Shown here: piece by piece, positions 17,704-26,958 of the stretch
How the letters are laid out: each line of letters opens with the position of its first letter
Position numbering within the stretch: the stretch's first letter is position 1
Notes under the pieces: generated by a model
The model's input: only the letters and a program-made list of their open reading frames with translations
Databases searched by the model: none
What the model was told of the DNA's origin: nothing
Origin: Anaerolineae bacterium
GTDB lineage: Bacteria > Chloroflexota > Anaerolineae > B4-G1
DNA length: 49,649 nucleotides
Direction: 5' to 3'
Assembly: GCA_016931785.1 (NCBI GenBank)
Contig: JAFGED010000202.1
Span: 1-49,649 of the forward strand
Translations under genes and position numbers: made by a program

Positions 17704-19158
17704 CTAATCGTATCTGTATACACTCAAAAACTCCCACTCCCACGAATCACCCAGCTGCCGCTCTTGCTCAATCTGTCCCAGAAACCCCTCCCACGGCTGG
17801 CTGCTGCGGCCGGCGACCACCAACCACAGCCGCCCCTCCGCTTCCAGTGCCTCCTCCGGCGTGACCAGGCGCCCGCCGAGAACGCGGTACGTCTCCGGTC
17901 GCATCCTCCAGGCGTCAATGTGCCAAAGCGCCGGCCCAAGCACCGGCTCGTAGACCAACGCCGTGAGGTAAGTCTCGTCGACGTGCAGGCAGAGATCCCC
18001 CTCGCGAAAGTCCGCCGCCACAACCGCCATCGCCTCACGCACGGGCGGCTTGGCGATATCGGGCGCCGCAAAATGGACCCCGCCCCCGATTGCCAACAGT
18101 CCCGCCAGCAAGATCCCCAGCCAAGGGGTAGGAGAGACGCGGGATGGTGCCATCGCCGCCCCCTGCGCGATAAAGAGCACAAGGAACGGCGCGAGCATCG
18201 CAAACGACCGCTCCAGGTAAATCGGCGCGGCCAGCCACGAGATCGCGACGACGGCAAAGAGCGGGAAGAGCGTGGTCAGCAGCGGCAGCGCCCCCCATCG
18301 ACGCCTGGCCCGGTCCCGGCGACGCATCAGCTCCAGTGCGACGACGGCCGCCACGAGCAGCACCACCGCCACCCGCACGCCCCACCACCAGAGCGCCCCA
18401 CCCGCCGAGTGACCGAACAAAAGATACTCCAGCGTCGTCAAAGGCAACAGCGGATGAGGCCGCGCCTGCCAGGCCATCTCGCCGCCCAGGTAATCGTCCG
18501 TCTGCCCAATGAACTGCACCACCTGGGGCAAAAAAACCAACCCGACCAAAAGATCGGCGAACAGGATAGGCCGCCACGCGCCGCGAAACCGGCGGCCCGC
18601 CAGCAGCAACCACAGATGCAAGCTCAACACCACCCAGGCGACGAAATAGTGCGTGTAGAGACCGAGCGTGGTGCAAAGCACGTAACCCATGCAGGCCCCC
18701 ACAACGCTCGACTGTTTGACCATACGGATGAAACACCACGTCGATCCCAGCGTCAACGCAGTCGCCAGGGCGTACATCCGCGCCTCTTGGGCGTAATAGA
18801 CCTGAAACGGCGCCAGCGCCATCCCAAAAGCGGCCAACAACCCGGCCCGCCTATCAAACAGGAGGCTCCCCACCCGATAGACCAGCGCCACAGAAAGCAA
18901 GCTGGCAAAGACCGACGGGTAGCGCAAAAGCCAATCGTTGCTCCCCATCCCTGCCGCCTGCCAAGCGTGCAGAAGAAGATAGTAGCCCGGTGGATGGGAA
19001 CTGCCCGCCGCGCCGGTCAGCACCTGCCAGAGCCTCAAGCGTCCGATCAGGACGCTCAACGCCTCGTCGAACCACAGGCTACGCGCGCCGAGCCGGAAGA
19101 AACGCAGCCCCGCCGCCAGCAGGAGAATCAAGAGAAGCCACCATCCTTGACGCTTCAT
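17704..19158 (-). CDS. GT39/PMT-like membrane glycosyltransferase
   Basis: True start MKRQGWW at an ATGA overlap; SLWFDEA, HPPGYY, QEARMY, THYF. Confidence 0.85.
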   Translation of the reverse strand: MKRQGWWLLLILLLAAGLRFFRLGARSLWFDEALSVLIGRLRLWQVLTGAAGSSHPPGYYLLLHAWQAAGMGSNDWLLRYPSVFASLLSVALVYRVGSLLFDRRAGLLAAFGMALAPFQVYYAQEARMYALATALTLGSTWCFIRMVKQSSVVGACMGYVLCTTLGLYTHYFVAWVVLSLHLWLLLAGRRFRGAWRPILFADLLVGLVFLPQVVQFIGQTDDYLGGEMAWQARPHPLLPLTTLEYLLFGHSAGGALWWWGVRVAVVLLVAAVVALELMRRRDRARRRWGALPLLTTLFPLFAVVAISWLAAPIYLERSFAMLAPFLVLFIAQGAAMAPSRVSPTPWLGILLAGLLAIGGGVHFAAPDIAKPPVREAMAVVAADFREGDLCLHVDETYLTALVYEPVLGPALWHIDAWRMRPETYRVLGGRLVTPEEALEAEGRLWLVVAGRSSQPWEGFLGQIEQERQLGDSWEWEFLSVYRYD

Positions 19159-20318
19159 TGCGCTCCACCTCGCCGGTCCCGCCACCGTAGCGTCAGCAGA
19201 GCGCCCAACGCCAAGGGAATCACGATCTGCTCCAACCCCGTGGGCAACAGGCATCCGGTAAAGAAAAACCCCCAGGGAAGCGCCAGAACGACCAGTATCG
19301 GCAACCAAGATTGCCATCGCTCCCCACCCGCCCACAGCACGACCCAGGCGGGCAGTAGAGACGCGACCAGCGTATAGACGTTGGTCTGCGGCAAGACGAT
19401 CAACGCGACCAAGATGGCCGTGGAAAGCTCCCAGGGCAGCCGATCCCCGGCCGGCAGACGCCGAGAGCCGAGCCACACCCACACGCCCCACGTCAAAACG
19501 CCAGCAGTCACGAGTGCGGCCAGCCAGACGGGGCCGAGAACGAGCGGGGGCCAACGCAGGAAAGAAGTGCCCGCGTAATCCCCCACTCCACCCAGAAATC
19601 CCCCCACCCAGGGGCCAACGCGCAGCCGCGTCAGCAGCCACAGGCAGATCATCAGCCCCGCCCATACCAGCACCACTTCGCGCCGCCCCATGCGCCAGGC
19701 AGCCAGAAGCAGCACAAATAAAGGCAAGATCGCCATCTCTGGACGGATCGTCACGCCGAGCAGCGCCAGCGTCGCCACCAGCGGATGGCCCCGCGCCAAA
19801 CCCCACCAGGCGACGACCAGGCAGGCCAGCGTAAAGGGCGTGAACTGCCCCAGGATGTAGGACGTGATGGGGTAGCGATAGAAAAACACGGAGAAAAGAA
19901 GCGTCACCGCCAGGAGGATGGGAGGTATCCGCCACTCCAGCAAAGATACCAACAGCAGCGGCAGCGCCAGCAATATCAAGAGCTGCAGCCCGCACCACAG
20001 GCTGACCGCCAGGGGAAACGGCAAAAGCCAAAAGGGCAGCAACAGCCAGGTGATGAAAGCCGGATAGGCGAACCGCTGGTGAATCTCCTCCGCCCCTCCG
20101 AACCACTGGCCAAACATGCCCTCGTGGATGCGCCGGACGACCTCTGGCGAGTAGGGGCTCTCCCCGGCCAGCACCGCCCGAGCCCCCACCCAGCAGTGAT
20201 AAAAATCGAACCGGTTCTGGCGTGGAAGGGCCAGCAGAAAGTAGGACGCCGCCGAAAGCAGAGCCCACAGGAGCAGCATCAGCGCGACCAACTGCCAGCG
20301 GCGGGTCCTTCCAATCAT
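19155..20318 (-). CDS. GT87/DUF2029-like membrane glycosyltransferase
   Basis: Start MIGRTRR at an ATGA overlap; RFDFY..W.GAR, FAYP, GQF, RPE; related to 26955..28169. Confidence 0.78.
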   Translation of the reverse strand: MIGRTRRWQLVALMLLLWALLSAASYFLLALPRQNRFDFYHCWVGARAVLAGESPYSPEVVRRIHEGMFGQWFGGAEEIHQRFAYPAFITWLLLPFWLLPFPLAVSLWCGLQLLILLALPLLLVSLLEWRIPPILLAVTLLFSVFFYRYPITSYILGQFTPFTLACLVVAWWGLARGHPLVATLALLGVTIRPEMAILPLFVLLLAAWRMGRREVVLVWAGLMICLWLLTRLRVGPWVGGFLGGVGDYAGTSFLRWPPLVLGPVWLAALVTAGVLTWGVWVWLGSRRLPAGDRLPWELSTAILVALIVLPQTNVYTLVASLLPAWVVLWAGGERWQSWLPILVVLALPWGFFFTGCLLPTGLEQIVIPLALGALLTLRWRDRRGGAQ

Positions 20319-21883
20319 CGCACGATCACCTCGTACAAAACGACCTGCAACGCCCCCTCCCCCCACTCTGCAACCCGCTGCAGCCGGGGATGAACCAGCC
20401 CATCCGGCGGCAGCGGCCAATTGCGATCCAACACGACGTAGGTAACGCCGTATCGATCAGCCGCAGCCAGCAGCGCCTCCACACCTCCAGTGTGCGCGGG
20501 CACGGCGACGGCCGGGTGTCGGGTGTAATACCAGAAAGCGGGCGCGTTGTTTGCCATCACAACCGCTTCCTCCCCAATGCGCGCCTGCTCCATCCAATCG
20601 CCCACCCTCTCATAGGCCCGGTCAACCCCCTGCCAGGCGCGCACCTTTGCCCTGCCCGCATAGAGGCCGAACACGACCGCTCCAGCGACCACCGCCACGG
20701 TAAACACCGCCGTCGCTTGCCGGATCTTCCACCGCCGGCGCTGCCCCACCCACTTCACTGTCGCCTCCAGCCCGTCCATCGCTGCGGCGAAAAGGAACGG
20801 CAAGACAGCCGAGCTGGCGTGAAAAAAGCCGCCACGGACGCCCGGATACGTAAATGCCAACGAGTGGGCCAGGTAGACAAGGACCAAGTAGATGAGAGAG
20901 AGCGGAAAGGAGGGCTTGCGACGCAGGCGGTAGAACCCGATAACGGCCAGGGGCAATAAAAAGACCAGGCAGTTCTCCCCCAGAAACCGCTGCAGGTTCA
21001 CACTCAGCGCCGACAGCTTGGCCTGTAGAATGTTCCCCCAGCCCCAGGCGAGATAGGACTGGAGCGAAAGGTCGCACCCGTAGCAATACAGATCGTCGTA
21101 ATGGGTGAGCCACAGGGTCTTGGCGCCGCCGGGGGCAAGCGGCGATCCGACCGCGACACTATTGCGGATGAACCAGGGTCCCATCGCAAACAGATACCCC
21201 AGGACTACAAACAGACTATGATGAAGCGTAAGGCGTAAAACGTGAGATGTGATCCGTGAGGAATGATCCGTGATGCTCGGCTTTTGAAGAAATAAAGGCG
21301 CAAGGGCGACCACCGGCAGCAGCATGACGCCATCGGCGCGCGTGAGATGTGCCAGCCCAACCAACAGGCCAACAAGCAAACTCACCCACCCATTGCCGCC
21401 CGCCAGCCACAGCGCCAAACTCCCGAAAAGGGCAAACGGCGCAAACGTCTCGGGCAGCGTCCAGTGCGGGAAAAAGAAACCGCTGAACAGCGTGATCAGG
21501 CCCGCAGCCCAGGCAGACCGGCGCGAGCCTACAGCCCGCCGGGCAACGCCGTAGCCGACCAATGGCAGGAGGGCGGAGAGAAGGGCAAACGGAATCTGAA
21601 GGGCAAAGAAAGAACCCGGAAAGGACGCCGCAAAAGGCGCAGCCAAGAGAGAGGGCAACGGCATCCAATACAAAAAGCCCGGTTGGGGGATTTCCTCCGG
21701 CTCGCCCAAATAGTTCCAGATGTAAGGCTCGTCCAGACCGCCGCCCTCTGCCAGGTTCACCGCCCCGGCAGCGTAATAGGCCGGGTCCATATAGCCGGCG
21801 CGGGAGATGAACGCGGCGGTCGCCAACCGCACGACCAGAGATAGGAGAAACAAAACCAACAGGTCGCGTCGCTCACGGCTCAC
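20315..21883 (-). CDS. GT-C-type membrane glycosyltransferase
   Basis: YMDPAYY after TM1, YWMPLPS, TRADG, PWFIRN; contains a heptamer-repeat insertion. Confidence 0.75.
   Translation of the reverse strand: MSRERRDLLVLFLLSLVVRLATAAFISRAGYMDPAYYAAGAVNLAEGGGLDEPYIWNYLGEPEEIPQPGFLYWMPLPSLLAAPFAASFPGSFFALQIPFALLSALLPLVGYGVARRAVGSRRSAWAAGLITLFSGFFFPHWTLPETFAPFALFGSLALWLAGGNGWVSLLVGLLVGLAHLTRADGVMLLPVVALAPLFLQKPSITDHSSRITSHVLRLTLHHSLFVVLGYLFAMGPWFIRNSVAVGSPLAPGGAKTLWLTHYDDLYCYGCDLSLQSYLAWGWGNILQAKLSALSVNLQRFLGENCLVFLLPLAVIGFYRLRRKPSFPLSLIYLVLVYLAHSLAFTYPGVRGGFFHASSAVLPFLFAAAMDGLEATVKWVGQRRRWKIRQATAVFTVAVVAGAVVFGLYAGRAKVRAWQGVDRAYERVGDWMEQARIGEEAVVMANNAPAFWYYTRHPAVAVPAHTGGVEALLAAADRYGVTYVVLDRNWPLPPDGLVHPRLQRVAEWGEGALQVVLYEVIVR
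21220..21275. repeat. Degenerate heptamer tandem repeat (8 units) inside a CDS
   Basis: gatgaag cgtaagg cgtaaaa cgtgaga tgtgatc cgtgagg aatgatc cgtgatg. Confidence 0.7.
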
Positions 21884-23478
21884 GGCTCTTCCTCCAACAC
21901 CACCCGGTAGACCGCCACCTCGCCCGATTGAAAAGCCAGCTTCAGCCAGGCTACCGCGGCGGGGTCAAAGTCTCCCAAGGCGCGCTCCTCCGCGCTGTGA
22001 AACACATAGACCACGCCCCATTCCTCCAACAGCGCCCGCCGCTCTGTGTCGAGCGTCGCAGCATCGTAAAAGCGGGCGACCGCGGCCCGCTTCTCTTCGA
22101 AATCCACCGTCTCCATCCAATGCCCCAACACGACCCGGTGGCCGATGAGCGCCGGGATCAGATTGCCCGTCCCAAACCCCGATAGCACCGTCTCGTCCCA
22201 CTCGCCGTTCTCCCCCAGCCAATCCACCGCGGCGGACAAATCGGCCGATTGAAACATCGCCGGGGCGCGCTTCCCCGCCGCCAGCGTCAGGCCCGCCGTC
22301 ACGTAGAGATTGCTCGTCGAAGCCAGCGCCACGACCAACGCCATCGCCAGCCAACACCAACGGAGGCGCACCCGCCTGCAGCAAAAGGGCAGCAATCCCT
22401 CCGCCAGCCCGACCCCGGCCAGCAGCCCCATCGGCGCCTGCACGCCCTCCAGGAACCGCCGCTGCAAGTTCCACGGCAGATGAGCCAGCGCCGCCACCAG
22501 GCCAACCCAGAGCAGAGGAAAGGTAACTCTCCACTCCCTCCTGCGCGCATAGACCGCCGCGCCGACGCCCCCCAGCGCCAACAGCACGCCGTATCCCCAC
22601 AGGTACACCCCCGGCGGCGGAGAAAGGGTCACGTTCTGCGCCGACCATCCGGCAAAGACCGGCCGGCGAAACACCCACAGGTCATAGATCAGCAACGGAA
22701 GCTGCGCCGCTCCCATCGCCGCCGCCGCCGCCAGCCCGCGCCACACCACTCGCCGCGTCCGCAGCCACTCGATAGCCCAGTAGAGCACGGGCAAAAGATC
22801 GGCCAGAAGCATCGCATACGGATGGATAACGCCCAACGCCAGCGACACAACGACGACCAGCATCCCCTCAGCCAACGAAGGCCCATCGGGGCGGCACAGG
22901 AGCAGCAGAAAAACGACCAACAGCAAGCCGATGGCCGCGCAAAAGTGCGGGGACGTCAGCAGGGCCAGGTAGGTGAACCCATCCGACAGCCAAAAATCCA
23001 TCGGAGATACCCCCCCGGGCGGAGTGGGAGCAATGACCTCCGTGAGCCACCCCAGGCCAGAGGCCGCCGTCGCCAGCAAAAAAGCCACCTGCCGCGCCCG
23101 AACAGATGTGACAAAGTGAGCGATGAAGCGATACACGGCCAGCAACATCACAAAACCAAACCCCACCCGCGCGAGCTGGTAGGCCAGCGGCAGCCCCAAC
23201 CCGAACAAGCGCGCCAGGTGCCCCAGAGCGACGTAAAAGGTCTGCACAAAGACCCCCTCGTGCTCCTCGGAGGTAAAGAGCAGGCGATACCGCCACCCTC
23301 CCCGATATCCCTGCCACATCTTGGCCAGGTGGCTGTGGTAATCCACCGGGTTCATCACCACACCGCCAAAGCGCTCCTGCGGCGTCTGCGCCAGGCAGCC
23401 CGCCAGGTACGGCACTGTCGAAGCAAGTACGATCAAACCCGCCACGATCGAAACCCACACCCACTCCCTCCGCGTCAC
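21880..23478 (-). CDS. Polytopic membrane protein, putative GT-C glycosyltransferase
   Basis: GTG start 2 bp after the upstream stop; NPVDYHSHLAKM loop after TM1, about 12 TMs, soluble C-terminal domain. Confidence 0.65.
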   Translation of the reverse strand: MTRREWVWVSIVAGLIVLASTVPYLAGCLAQTPQERFGGVVMNPVDYHSHLAKMWQGYRGGWRYRLLFTSEEHEGVFVQTFYVALGHLARLFGLGLPLAYQLARVGFGFVMLLAVYRFIAHFVTSVRARQVAFLLATAASGLGWLTEVIAPTPPGGVSPMDFWLSDGFTYLALLTSPHFCAAIGLLLVVFLLLLCRPDGPSLAEGMLVVVVSLALGVIHPYAMLLADLLPVLYWAIEWLRTRRVVWRGLAAAAAMGAAQLPLLIYDLWVFRRPVFAGWSAQNVTLSPPPGVYLWGYGVLLALGGVGAAVYARRREWRVTFPLLWVGLVAALAHLPWNLQRRFLEGVQAPMGLLAGVGLAEGLLPFCCRRVRLRWCWLAMALVVALASTSNLYVTAGLTLAAGKRAPAMFQSADLSAAVDWLGENGEWDETVLSGFGTGNLIPALIGHRVVLGHWMETVDFEEKRAAVARFYDAATLDTERRALLEEWGVVYVFHSAEERALGDFDPAAVAWLKLAFQSGEVAVYRVVLEEEP

Positions 23479-23479
23479 G

Positions 23480-24988
23480 CTACTGCCCCTCCCGCAGGTA
23501 AAGCGCAACTGTTAGATCATTGAACTGCCCTTGCTCCGCCTCGATAAAGTGACTCTCCTCCAGCCAAGTCAGCGCCGGGTGCTCGCCCCCCATCTGCCCC
23601 ACCTCGCGGGGGAAATAGACCAACCAGACCCGCCCCGCCGTCCCCACCGCTTCCGCCATCGTGGGTGTGGCAAAAATATCCAACGCCTCCTGCGTCGGGC
23701 GCGCGAGGGTGTCCTCAGGCGAGCCGGGCCGGTCCGCCAGGAACTCGCCAGCCAGGTCGGGCGCGTAAACGCGCATCGGGAAACAGGTCAGCTTGTTGGT
23801 ATGGACCACAGCGTCGCCATCCTCAACCCGATCCTGCAAGTAAGTGACTACCTCCTGGAACGGCGGGCGGGGAAAGCGTGCGTAGGCATAGTGCCCCGCC
23901 AGCGACCCGACCACAGCCACCAGCAGCAACACGGCCAATCCCGCATTCAAGAACCGCGGCAGCCCGCCACGGGCCAGCAGCCACCCGGCCGCCACCAGGT
24001 AAAAGAGCGCCGAGGGCAGCAGCGCCCGCTCCAGGTAGACGGGCCGCCATTGAGCGACGGCGAACAGCGTCACCACCGGCACCCAGCACAGCAGGAGGAA
24101 CCAGGCCGCACGCGAGCGCGTGCGCCAGACCCGCAGAAGCAGCAGCACCAGCAAGAACAGGCTCACAAAGAGTCCCAACCCCAATAGCCAGGGCGCAAAG
24201 ACCTCCTCGTAGAACGTGAGCACCGGCAGCATCAGGGCGCGCACGGCCTCGCCAGCGCCCGGCGGTGCCAGCCAGTACGCCCGCTCGATAAAGCCCAGTT
24301 GGCCCGGCAGCACGCCGATCAGCCACGGGGCAAAGAGGGCCAAAGCGGCCAGGTCGGCCAGGGCGAGGGCGGGCAACCTGCGCCACCAGCGGCGGCGAGC
24401 GACGGCCAGCAGGTTGAAGGCCAACACGACGAACGCCCCCAGGTTGTGGGCATAGAGGGCGAGGGCCGCCCCCACCGCGTAGAGCGCCCACCAGCGCCAC
24501 CGCCCACCCTCCAGCGCGCGCAGCAGTCCCCAAGTCGCTATGACTGCCGCCAATCCCAACAGGGCATACATGCGCGCCTCCTGCGAGTAGGCCACGTGAA
24601 AGGGGTTGATCGCCGCGAGCAGTCCCACGGCCAGCCCAACCCGGCGGTCAAAGCACCAGGCCGCCATCCGCCACAGCAGCGCCACGGTGACCATCCCCAG
24701 GATCACAGAGAAAAAGCGCGCCGCGAGAGGGGACCGCCCCACCAACCCCATCCAGGCGTGGAGGAAAAAGTAGTAAAGCAAGGGATGCACGTCGGCCGCG
24801 CCCGCGCCCTCGACCGGCGTTACCGTCCCGTAGATCATCCCCTCGTGGTCGAGTGAGGCGTACAGCACCGCAAACGCCTCATCGTACCACAGGGCGCGTC
24901 CCTGGATGCGCGCCATCCGCAGGCCAAAGGCCAGCAGAAGGATCGACACCGACGCCCACAGCACAACCCGCTTGCTCACACGACGCAC
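23480..24988 (-). CDS. GT39/PMT-like membrane glycosyltransferase
   Basis: GTG start with GGAGGT RBS; LWYDEA, DVHPLLYY, QEARMY. Confidence 0.85.
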   Translation of the reverse strand: MRRVSKRVVLWASVSILLLAFGLRMARIQGRALWYDEAFAVLYASLDHEGMIYGTVTPVEGAGAADVHPLLYYFFLHAWMGLVGRSPLAARFFSVILGMVTVALLWRMAAWCFDRRVGLAVGLLAAINPFHVAYSQEARMYALLGLAAVIATWGLLRALEGGRWRWWALYAVGAALALYAHNLGAFVVLAFNLLAVARRRWWRRLPALALADLAALALFAPWLIGVLPGQLGFIERAYWLAPPGAGEAVRALMLPVLTFYEEVFAPWLLGLGLFVSLFLLVLLLLRVWRTRSRAAWFLLLCWVPVVTLFAVAQWRPVYLERALLPSALFYLVAAGWLLARGGLPRFLNAGLAVLLLVAVVGSLAGHYAYARFPRPPFQEVVTYLQDRVEDGDAVVHTNKLTCFPMRVYAPDLAGEFLADRPGSPEDTLARPTQEALDIFATPTMAEAVGTAGRVWLVYFPREVGQMGGEHPALTWLEESHFIEAEQGQFNDLTVALYLREGQ

Positions 24989-25008
24989 GATCCTACACCT
25001 CCAGGCCG

Positions 25009-26958
25009 TCAAGGCTCCCTCGGCACGTAATCGGCGATCACCAAGGGCGGTATGGTAGGCACCCTGGATACCGTCCCGGCTTCCACCTGCCAACCTGCAG
25101 AGATGCTTCTCACCAGCGGCGTCTCCTGATCGGCCAGCCGGGCCACTCGCACGCGCCCCACACCCTGCGCGGCCAGCCGCTCGTCCAACGCGCTCCATTC
25201 GTCCGGCGTGCGCACGACGAGGAACGGCACCTCGCCGTACACCTCCGGCGCGATCTGCGGCACGAACCAGAGATCGGTGACGACGACGGTCCTATCAGGC
25301 GCGCGAAGCAGCGTGCGCGCGAGCACGTCGTTCCCGGCACGGACGTGCCACAGCTTCATCACGCCCACCGCCTGTACCGCCGCTCCGGCCAGCAACAGCG
25401 TCACTAACGCCCCGCGCACCGCGTACCGCTCCATCGAGGAACGCGCGCCCCGTTCCAGACGATCCCAGCGCTCGACGGCCAACAGCACGAGCGGCCCCAG
25501 TAGCGGCGTCAAATAGCGCGGTCCCCACTGCCACCCGCCGGACTGGCGGCCCAGCACGACCGATAATACCACGACCCACACACACCAAACTGCCAGCTGC
25601 CGCCGCCAACGGCCCCGGGTCGCTACGCTCTCGGCTCGCTCTCCGAATCTCAAAAACGCCAGGCAGGCCACCGGCGCTCCGAACAACAGGTCAATCGGGT
25701 GGTAGCCGCGCGACACCAACACCACCGCGCCCACAGCCACCAGCACGAGGCCGAGACATTCGACCGTCGAACCCAATCGCCCGGCCAGGGCCGGACGCAG
25801 CCTGCGATAGGCATACGCCATCCCGAAAACCGCCAGCCCGCCGGCCAGGATCACCAGCACGCCCAGCTGCCGGCTCTCCACGACCATCTGGCTCATCTCG
25901 AACAAACGCCTGAACGACCACACGCGGGTCTCAAAAGCCGATGGGGCAAAGTTCATCGCGGCCTGGCCGCCGATCGCTTGGCCCACGACGGCGGCCTGAT
26001 ACGCCCAGCCTACCAGGCCTGCCAGGCCCAGTCCGGCCGTCACCCAACCCAGCGCCGGCCACATCGAACGCCGCACGACCAGCACGGCCAGCAAGGCCAA
26101 CACAGAAGTACCCGCCTCCGGACGGGTCGCCACCGCCGCTCCCAGGCACAACCCCGCCGCGATCCCCGACAGGACCCGCGACTGGCGCATGTCTGGAATC
26201 ACCAGCGTCAACGCCCCCCAGATCAGCACGCTGGCGAGCGTGTGCCCCCAAAACGTCACACTGTAAAACAGCCACGACGAGGCCAGTCCCAGCGCCAGCA
26301 CGACGAAAAAGGCGACCCGTCCAGAAAACCGGCGGCCCACCCAAGCCGCCAGGGCCAGCCCCCCCACCCCCGCGATCAGCGGCGGGGCGTAGAGCGCTGG
26401 CAGTCCCCCAGCCGACAGCAACAGGCTGGACAGAAATATGTAGGGCAGCGTATAGATCGTGAGAACGCGATCTCCCTCCCACACGGCAAAGGGCGCGCCC
26501 AGCGGGGCCAGAGCGTGATCCGGATCGAGGACGGCATTGGCCCCGGCGTAGGAAGCCCAGGGCGTGCGCCAGCCGTTGGCGATCCAGGCCTCCATCTGCC
26601 ACAGCTTGACGCCGGCATCTCCGCTCCAAAAGCCGCGACAGGGCGACAGCGCCAGCACGATCCCCACGTACAGCGCGCCAACGATCACGACCAGCACCCA
26701 CGTGAAGCTCCCCGGCGCAAAGCGCCGGGGCTTCCGGGAAGACTCCCCTTCGGGGAGCTTCCTAAGGGAAGAAGCCTGTGCGAGCTTCGCTCGCGCGGGG
26801 GCGGCCGCCCCCAAATCCCCCGCTTTACGGCAATCCTGCGGATTACGGCAATCCAAGGGATTGCACCTCATCCCCACCGCAATGCGATTGCCAACCGCAA
26901 AGCGGTTGGACGCTTTCTGGCTTTTCCCCGTCAAGCGCAGGAGATTTTCACGGTTCAT
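25009..26958 (-). CDS. GT-C-type membrane protein with a 76-aa in-frame element insertion near the N-terminus
   Basis: Start MNRENLL at an ATGA overlap; FWSGDAGVK, FWGH, TRPE, QWGPRYL. Confidence 0.75.
   Translation of the reverse strand: MNRENLLRLTGKSQKASNRFAVGNRIAVGMRCNPLDCRNPQDCRKAGDLGAAAPARAKLAQASSLRKLPEGESSRKPRRFAPGSFTWVLVVIVGALYVGIVLALSPCRGFWSGDAGVKLWQMEAWIANGWRTPWASYAGANAVLDPDHALAPLGAPFAVWEGDRVLTIYTLPYIFLSSLLLSAGGLPALYAPPLIAGVGGLALAAWVGRRFSGRVAFFVVLALGLASSWLFYSVTFWGHTLASVLIWGALTLVIPDMRQSRVLSGIAAGLCLGAAVATRPEAGTSVLALLAVLVVRRSMWPALGWVTAGLGLAGLVGWAYQAAVVGQAIGGQAAMNFAPSAFETRVWSFRRLFEMSQMVVESRQLGVLVILAGGLAVFGMAYAYRRLRPALAGRLGSTVECLGLVLVAVGAVVLVSRGYHPIDLLFGAPVACLAFLRFGERAESVATRGRWRRQLAVWCVWVVVLSVVLGRQSGGWQWGPRYLTPLLGPLVLLAVERWDRLERGARSSMERYAVRGALVTLLLAGAAVQAVGVMKLWHVRAGNDVLARTLLRAPDRTVVVTDLWFVPQIAPEVYGEVPFLVVRTPDEWSALDERLAAQGVGRVRVARLADQETPLVRSISAGWQVEAGTVSRVPTIPPLVIADYVPREP
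26702..26929 (-). mobile_element. IS200/IS605-like mini-element, copy C (228 bp), in frame within a CDS
   Basis: TTGAC|GGGGAAAAGC...GGAAGCCCCGGCGCTTTGCGCCGGGGAGCTTCAC with additional internal hairpins. Confidence 0.85.

Noticed and set aside
17593-19377. 594-aa plus-strand ORF and other long antisense ORFs (22249..23523, 25699..27027, 39596..40987)
   Set aside because: Arg/Gln/Pro-rich shadows of GC-rich hydrophobic genes on the opposite strand, with no recognisable motifs.
19159-20268. N-terminal extensions in the ORF track (854, 774, 632, 633 and 572-aa versions)
   Set aside because: They overlap genuine upstream genes in another frame; the true starts sit at ATGA/GTGA overlaps or RBS-supported codons.
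26702-26929. Self-splicing intron, IStron or intein
   Set aside because: Too short, no group I/II core motifs were recognised, and the peptide lacks intein termini such as a C-terminal His-Asn.
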